Shown here: piece by piece, positions 60,525 to 64,000 of the stretch
Layout: each line of letters starts with the position of its first letter
Position numbering within the stretch: the stretch's first letter is position 1
Source: an uncultured Spirochaetota bacterium
GTDB taxonomy: Bacteria > Spirochaetota > Brevinematia > Brevinematales > JAOACQ01
Direction: 5' to 3'
DNA: 64,000 nt
Assembly: GCA_963768055.1 (NCBI GenBank)
Contig: CAVYGN010000002.1
Location: forward strand, 672,001-736,000
Program-made: the position numbers and the translations under genes
The notes under the pieces: generated by a model
Told to the model about the DNA's origin: nothing
The model's database searches: none
What the model saw: the letters and a program-made list of their open reading frames with translations, nothing else

Positions 60525-60539
60525 CCCCTGTAAATAATA

Positions 60540-61451
60540 TTATTGAAGGTCCAATATCATGCTGTCCCTGCCCAGTGATGATTCCTTTATTTTCTGAATT
60601 GCTTTATTCGCGTCTTCTTTAGTCGCGAATTTTCCCACTCTTACTCTATAATATATAATTCCATTGACATTTGCTTCAACCAGGTAAGATTCAAGCCCCA
60701 TTTTTCTGAGCCCGTCTTCCACTTCCCGGGCCTTTTCCATGCTGGTATGAGCCGACACCTGGATCGTATATTTTCCTTCGGCGCCGGAAGAGATCTTTTT
60801 TATGGATTTCTGTTTTTTATCGCTGTTTTTTATTTTGTCGGAGGGTTTTTCCAGCCCTGTTTTAAGTTTTACATTCTTTTGTTCGGATTTTGAGCTGTTT
60901 TCGCCTTTAATCGGGGGAACTGTAAGATTTTCGGGGACATTATCCTGTATTTTCATATTTGTAGCGTTATCTCCCGGAATTACTGATTTAGTTTCTTCCT
61001 GCTGCGGGAAGTTCTGAGGGAGGTTATTAAAAGCGAAGTTGTTTTCCATTTTTTTCTGGTCGATTTTATCCTCGATTTTCTGCACTTCCTGTTTATTGCC
61101 GAGCGCTAAATCTTTGAGAGTTGTTTTCCCGAGCCAATATCCTATGAGAAATATAAACACACCGAAAAATACGAAGATCGCGCCGGCCCAGACTATCCTT
61201 TCGTCGTTTACGTTTATATATGATTTTTTTTGAGGGTTTCTATCCTGGTAAGGACTTCTGTCCTGGTATCCTTCCTGGTATCTATCTTGATTATAAGGTT
61301 CGCTCTGCCTGTGGATATTATTGCTGGAGTGTTTGTAATCGTTTATTCTTGATCTTCCCGCATAATGATAGCCCTCGTCGCTTATTTCATCTGCGTGGCC
61401 TTCCCTGCCGCCGGAATCGGGGAAAAGATCCATTATTTCGGGTTCGCCCAT
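60540..61451 (-). CDS. SPOR-domain cell division / peptidoglycan-binding protein
   Basis: Cytoplasmic N-terminus, single TM, low-complexity linker, YTIQVSA...YYRVRVGKF..KEDA SPOR domain. Confidence 0.88.
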   Translation of the reverse strand: MGEPEIMDLFPDSGGREGHADEISDEGYHYAGRSRINDYKHSSNNIHRQSEPYNQDRYQEGYQDRSPYQDRNPQKKSYINVNDERIVWAGAIFVFFGVFIFLIGYWLGKTTLKDLALGNKQEVQKIEDKIDQKKMENNFAFNNLPQNFPQQEETKSVIPGDNATNMKIQDNVPENLTVPPIKGENSSKSEQKNVKLKTGLEKPSDKIKNSDKKQKSIKKISSGAEGKYTIQVSAHTSMEKAREVEDGLRKMGLESYLVEANVNGIIYYRVRVGKFATKEDANKAIQKIKESSLGRDSMILDLQ

Positions 61452-61557
61452 AATAATTCCTCCTTACAGGACATTCCTTGCGCTTCCTCTTCCTATATCA
61501 TTTCGGAATAAAAGATAAAATGTTGAGAAGGAAGGATCTTTTTTATTCCCCCGTAAT

Positions 61558-62274
61558 TTAAACTTTGACCTTGTTTTTAACAACAGCGCCGGGAGAAATC
61601 TCCAGCCTTCCGCTGTATTCGACCAGATCGATCCGGCAGTTGTCTCCAATAATTATATCGTTTCCACGTATGGTTTTAGCTTCAGTGTTTTCCACCATAA
61701 TAACCGTTCCCTCGATAAGGTCCGTTTCAAGACAGTCTCTTTTACCGAAAAGGGACAGCAGGAAGCTCATACTGTACTTGCTGTGCCTTATTCTTATTTC
61801 CTCGCCGCCGATTTCTCCGGCGCAACTGTGCCATCCGAAAATGACATCTATATTGTTGGCGTTCAGCAAACCGCTGATCTTGAATTCTCCCCGCGATCTG
61901 AATTCTTCGGATTCGACCCCGGCCCCGGAACATATAAACCCTGCTGAATTTATATACCGGGATTTTATGCCTTTTTTTACTGAAATACTTCCGTTATTAT
62001 GAATTTCATCGGCAGAGAGAAAACCATCGACAGTCAGGGTTCCTGAGTCTTTCACGGATTTGCATTCCAGATCCCCGGATATAGAACCCATCCCGCTGAC
62101 TGAAATTTTTTCAATAATCGCTTTTCCATTGATTTTACCCATGCCTGAAATTATAAGAGACTCCGCTTCAACATCCCCATCTATGTCGCCTCTGCCTGAA
62201 ATTTTAATATCCCTGAATTTCCCGCCTCCGGTTTTTCCCATGCCGGAAATCTTCAAATCAGAAAGATTATCCAT
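61558..62274 (-). CDS. polymer-forming cytoskeletal (bactofilin-like, YhbE/YhbF-type) protein
   Basis: Repeated ISG.G.I.GD beta-helix units; SGLLNA..I, EIGGE.I, IEG..I..E.T.A..IRG. Confidence 0.8.
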   Translation of the reverse strand: MDNLSDLKISGMGKTGGGKFRDIKISGRGDIDGDVEAESLIISGMGKINGKAIIEKISVSGMGSISGDLECKSVKDSGTLTVDGFLSADEIHNNGSISVKKGIKSRYINSAGFICSGAGVESEEFRSRGEFKISGLLNANNIDVIFGWHSCAGEIGGEEIRIRHSKYSMSFLLSLFGKRDCLETDLIEGTVIMVENTEAKTIRGNDIIIGDNCRIDLVEYSGRLEISPGAVVKNKVKV

Positions 62275-62293
62275 TGTATACTCCTTAATTAAA

Positions 62294-62932
62294 TTATTTT
62301 TTAAGCATGTCTTGTAATATCAGAAATAAATCTTTTGATACTTCATCAAGATCGAACGACGACAGTTCCCTTGTGCTTTTATCGCAAAATATGCTGAAAT
62401 CCTGTTTTGCAAGAAGGAAAAATTGGATTGATTTCTTTTCATATACGATCAGCTTGTAGGATGTGCTGTCTAAATGAGGGAGCCATGATATAATACTCCC
62501 TATAAATTCATCGATATACTCATTGTTTATGACCGGGATTTTTTTTAACATACTAGCAATATAAATGAAAATAATTTCTATAAAGTTGAAATAGCTTTTC
62601 TGAAAATTCCTTTCAAAATTTTCGAGAATGCCTTCGTCGATACCCTTGATGTTTATTAAATCGCCTTTATTGAAAGATCTTCTTGACAGTTCCGGCGAAA
62701 GCATGTCGGCAAGTTCTTCGAGAGAATACCGGTCCTTAAGTTCTATTATCCCTGAAATTCTACTGAGAATTTTATCCCTGGGAAAATAGGTCTCCTGGCC
62801 CGTATATGAAGGCTTCTTGATAAACCAGGATTCGGGTATCAGGTTTTCACGCTTCCATCTGTATAATTGCCCGTAAGAAATCCCGGTCATTTTTAACAGA
62901 TCCTTTTTTGTTATAAGATCCGATTCTTCCAT
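62294..62932 (-). CDS. YhbD / DUF4004 family protein (MerR-like HTH)
   Basis: LITKKDLL..TGISYGQLYRWKR.NLIPE.WF..K...TGQET.FPR.KIL.RI. Confidence 0.88.
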   Translation of the reverse strand: MEESDLITKKDLLKMTGISYGQLYRWKRENLIPESWFIKKPSYTGQETYFPRDKILSRISGIIELKDRYSLEELADMLSPELSRRSFNKGDLINIKGIDEGILENFERNFQKSYFNFIEIIFIYIASMLKKIPVINNEYIDEFIGSIISWLPHLDSTSYKLIVYEKKSIQFFLLAKQDFSIFCDKSTRELSSFDLDEVSKDLFLILQDMLKK

Positions 62933-62983
62933 CTAAAACTCCCCAATCTTTATGCAATCGATATAAAACAATGTTGCGCTAAT

Positions 62984-63012
62984 AATATAACATAACATTG
63001 TTACGTTGTCAA
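62984..63012 (-). promoter_or_regulatory. sigma70 promoter with a palindrome in the spacer
   Basis: Minus strand TTGACA-N17-TATATT; spacer covered by AACATAACA-T-TGTTACGTT (8/9 dyad). Confidence 0.75.
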
Positions 63013-63050
63013 GTTAAATAAATATTATTTTTTAAGGGGGCCCTGTGTAT

Positions 63051-64000
63051 CTATTCTGGTATTAAATCCCAAAGTTCACGGATAACCCTGTTGGAAACTT
63101 CGAAACCCCTTTCAGTTAAGCTGATTCGGTTCTCTTTTTTAACAATGAAGGGATCGAGTTCAGGCGGTATTTTCGATACAAGTATTTTTTCAAGGCTTGT
63201 GTGGAAAATCTCTTCGAAATGAAAGTAAGAAATCCCGGCGGATTTCCTAAGTCCGAGCATTATGTATTCCCTTATTGATGTTTCCCTGTTAATTTCCTCA
63301 GTGAATTCCCGCGGAAGATTGCCGGCGCGCACGGCTGAAGAATAATTTTTTATCGACCCTATGTTGGTCCAGCGTAACTTTTTGAAAAATCCTGAAGCTC
63401 CGGCGCCGAAGCCGATATATTCCCCGTAATCCCAGTAATTCATATTATGAGAACTGAAATACCGGTCTTCCAGGGAGAAGTTCGAGATTTCATAATGCTT
63501 GTACCCGGCGTTTTGCAGTTCTTGCCTTATTTTGCGGTAATGCCCTATGGCTGTAAAATCAGTCAGCGGGATATATTTTCCCGCTTCGACATTCCTGCGG
63601 AGCAGGGTTTTATCCTCCACGGAAAGCTGGTAGACAGAAATATGGGGAGGTTTCAGGCTGAGAAGGGATTCGAGCAATTTCAGGGCATGTTCACCCCTGA
63701 TGCAGATGATCAGGTCAAGGCTTATGTTTGATATGCCCGCATCCCTCAATGTATGCACTGAGCGGATATTGATTCCGGCGTCATTCTGCCGGCCAAGGAA
63801 TTTGAGGACCTGCCCCTCCATCGATTGAAACCCAAGGCTTACCCTGTTAATACCGGCTGACTTCCAGCTAAGGGCTTTCTCAGGAGTTACATCTTCCGGA
63901 TTGGCCTCGATGGTGTTTTCATTGTTTAATAGTACGAATTCCGATTTTAATTTTTCGAATATTGTTTTTATCTGGATTTGTGATAATAAAGAGGGGGTTC
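63051..64000 (-). CDS. hemW: radical SAM heme chaperone HemW (HemN-like), 5' end outside the window
   Basis: Frame open to the window edge: TPSLL...IEANP...GINRVSLGFQS; HISVYQL, YEISNF, HN.NYW..GEYIGFGAGA. Confidence 0.88.
   Translation of the reverse strand, partial: TPSLLSQIQIKTIFEKLKSEFVLLNNENTIEANPEDVTPEKALSWKSAGINRVSLGFQSMEGQVLKFLGRQNDAGINIRSVHTLRDAGISNISLDLIICIRGEHALKLLESLLSLKPPHISVYQLSVEDKTLLRRNVEAGKYIPLTDFTAIGHYRKIRQELQNAGYKHYEISNFSLEDRYFSSHNMNYWDYGEYIGFGAGASGFFKKLRWTNIGSIKNYSSAVRAGNLPREFTEEINRETSIREYIMLGLRKSAGISYFHFEEIFHTSLEKILVSKIPPELDPFIVKKENRISLTERGFEVSNRVIRELWDLIPE

Noticed and set aside
453..63731. Many short ORFs antisense to or nested in long genes (e.g. 21432-21926, 25380-25865, 33683-34255, 61565-62002)
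   Set aside because: Shadow frames of well-supported genes with no recognisable motifs.

Overview
Mostly housekeeping chromosomal DNA from an AT-rich bacterium, probably a spirochaete (inferred from a spiro-SPASM-type protein next to obgE-proB, an SMC with no canonical hinge, and a sigma54 motif in front of an RpoS-like sigma factor). About 55 genes are visible, including uvrA, alaS, guaA, smpB, smc, parA/parB with two perfect parS sites, dapL, proB, obgE, argJ, recA, a carboxynorspermidine decarboxylase/dehydrogenase pair, a partial hemW and one tRNA-Val(TAC). I saw no CRISPR array, prophage or intact transposase. Main points of interest: (1) a class III ribonucleotide reductase whose glycyl-radical loop is on a separate 50-aa gene with its own ribosome-binding site; (2) sigma54 -24/-12 promoters upstream of the RpoS-like gene and hsp20; (3) an H-NOX-like protein lacking the heme ligands, divergent from a PP2C phosphatase; (4) a DUF4004 regulator/bactofilin-like pair with a palindrome inside its promoter spacer; (5) a YfhO/GT2/B12-radical-SAM/CDP-alcohol transferase cluster; (6) a patch of gene remnants at 21.9-23.9 kb; (7) several short intergenic repeat families. 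All family assignments come from motifs recognised by eye, not from database searches.
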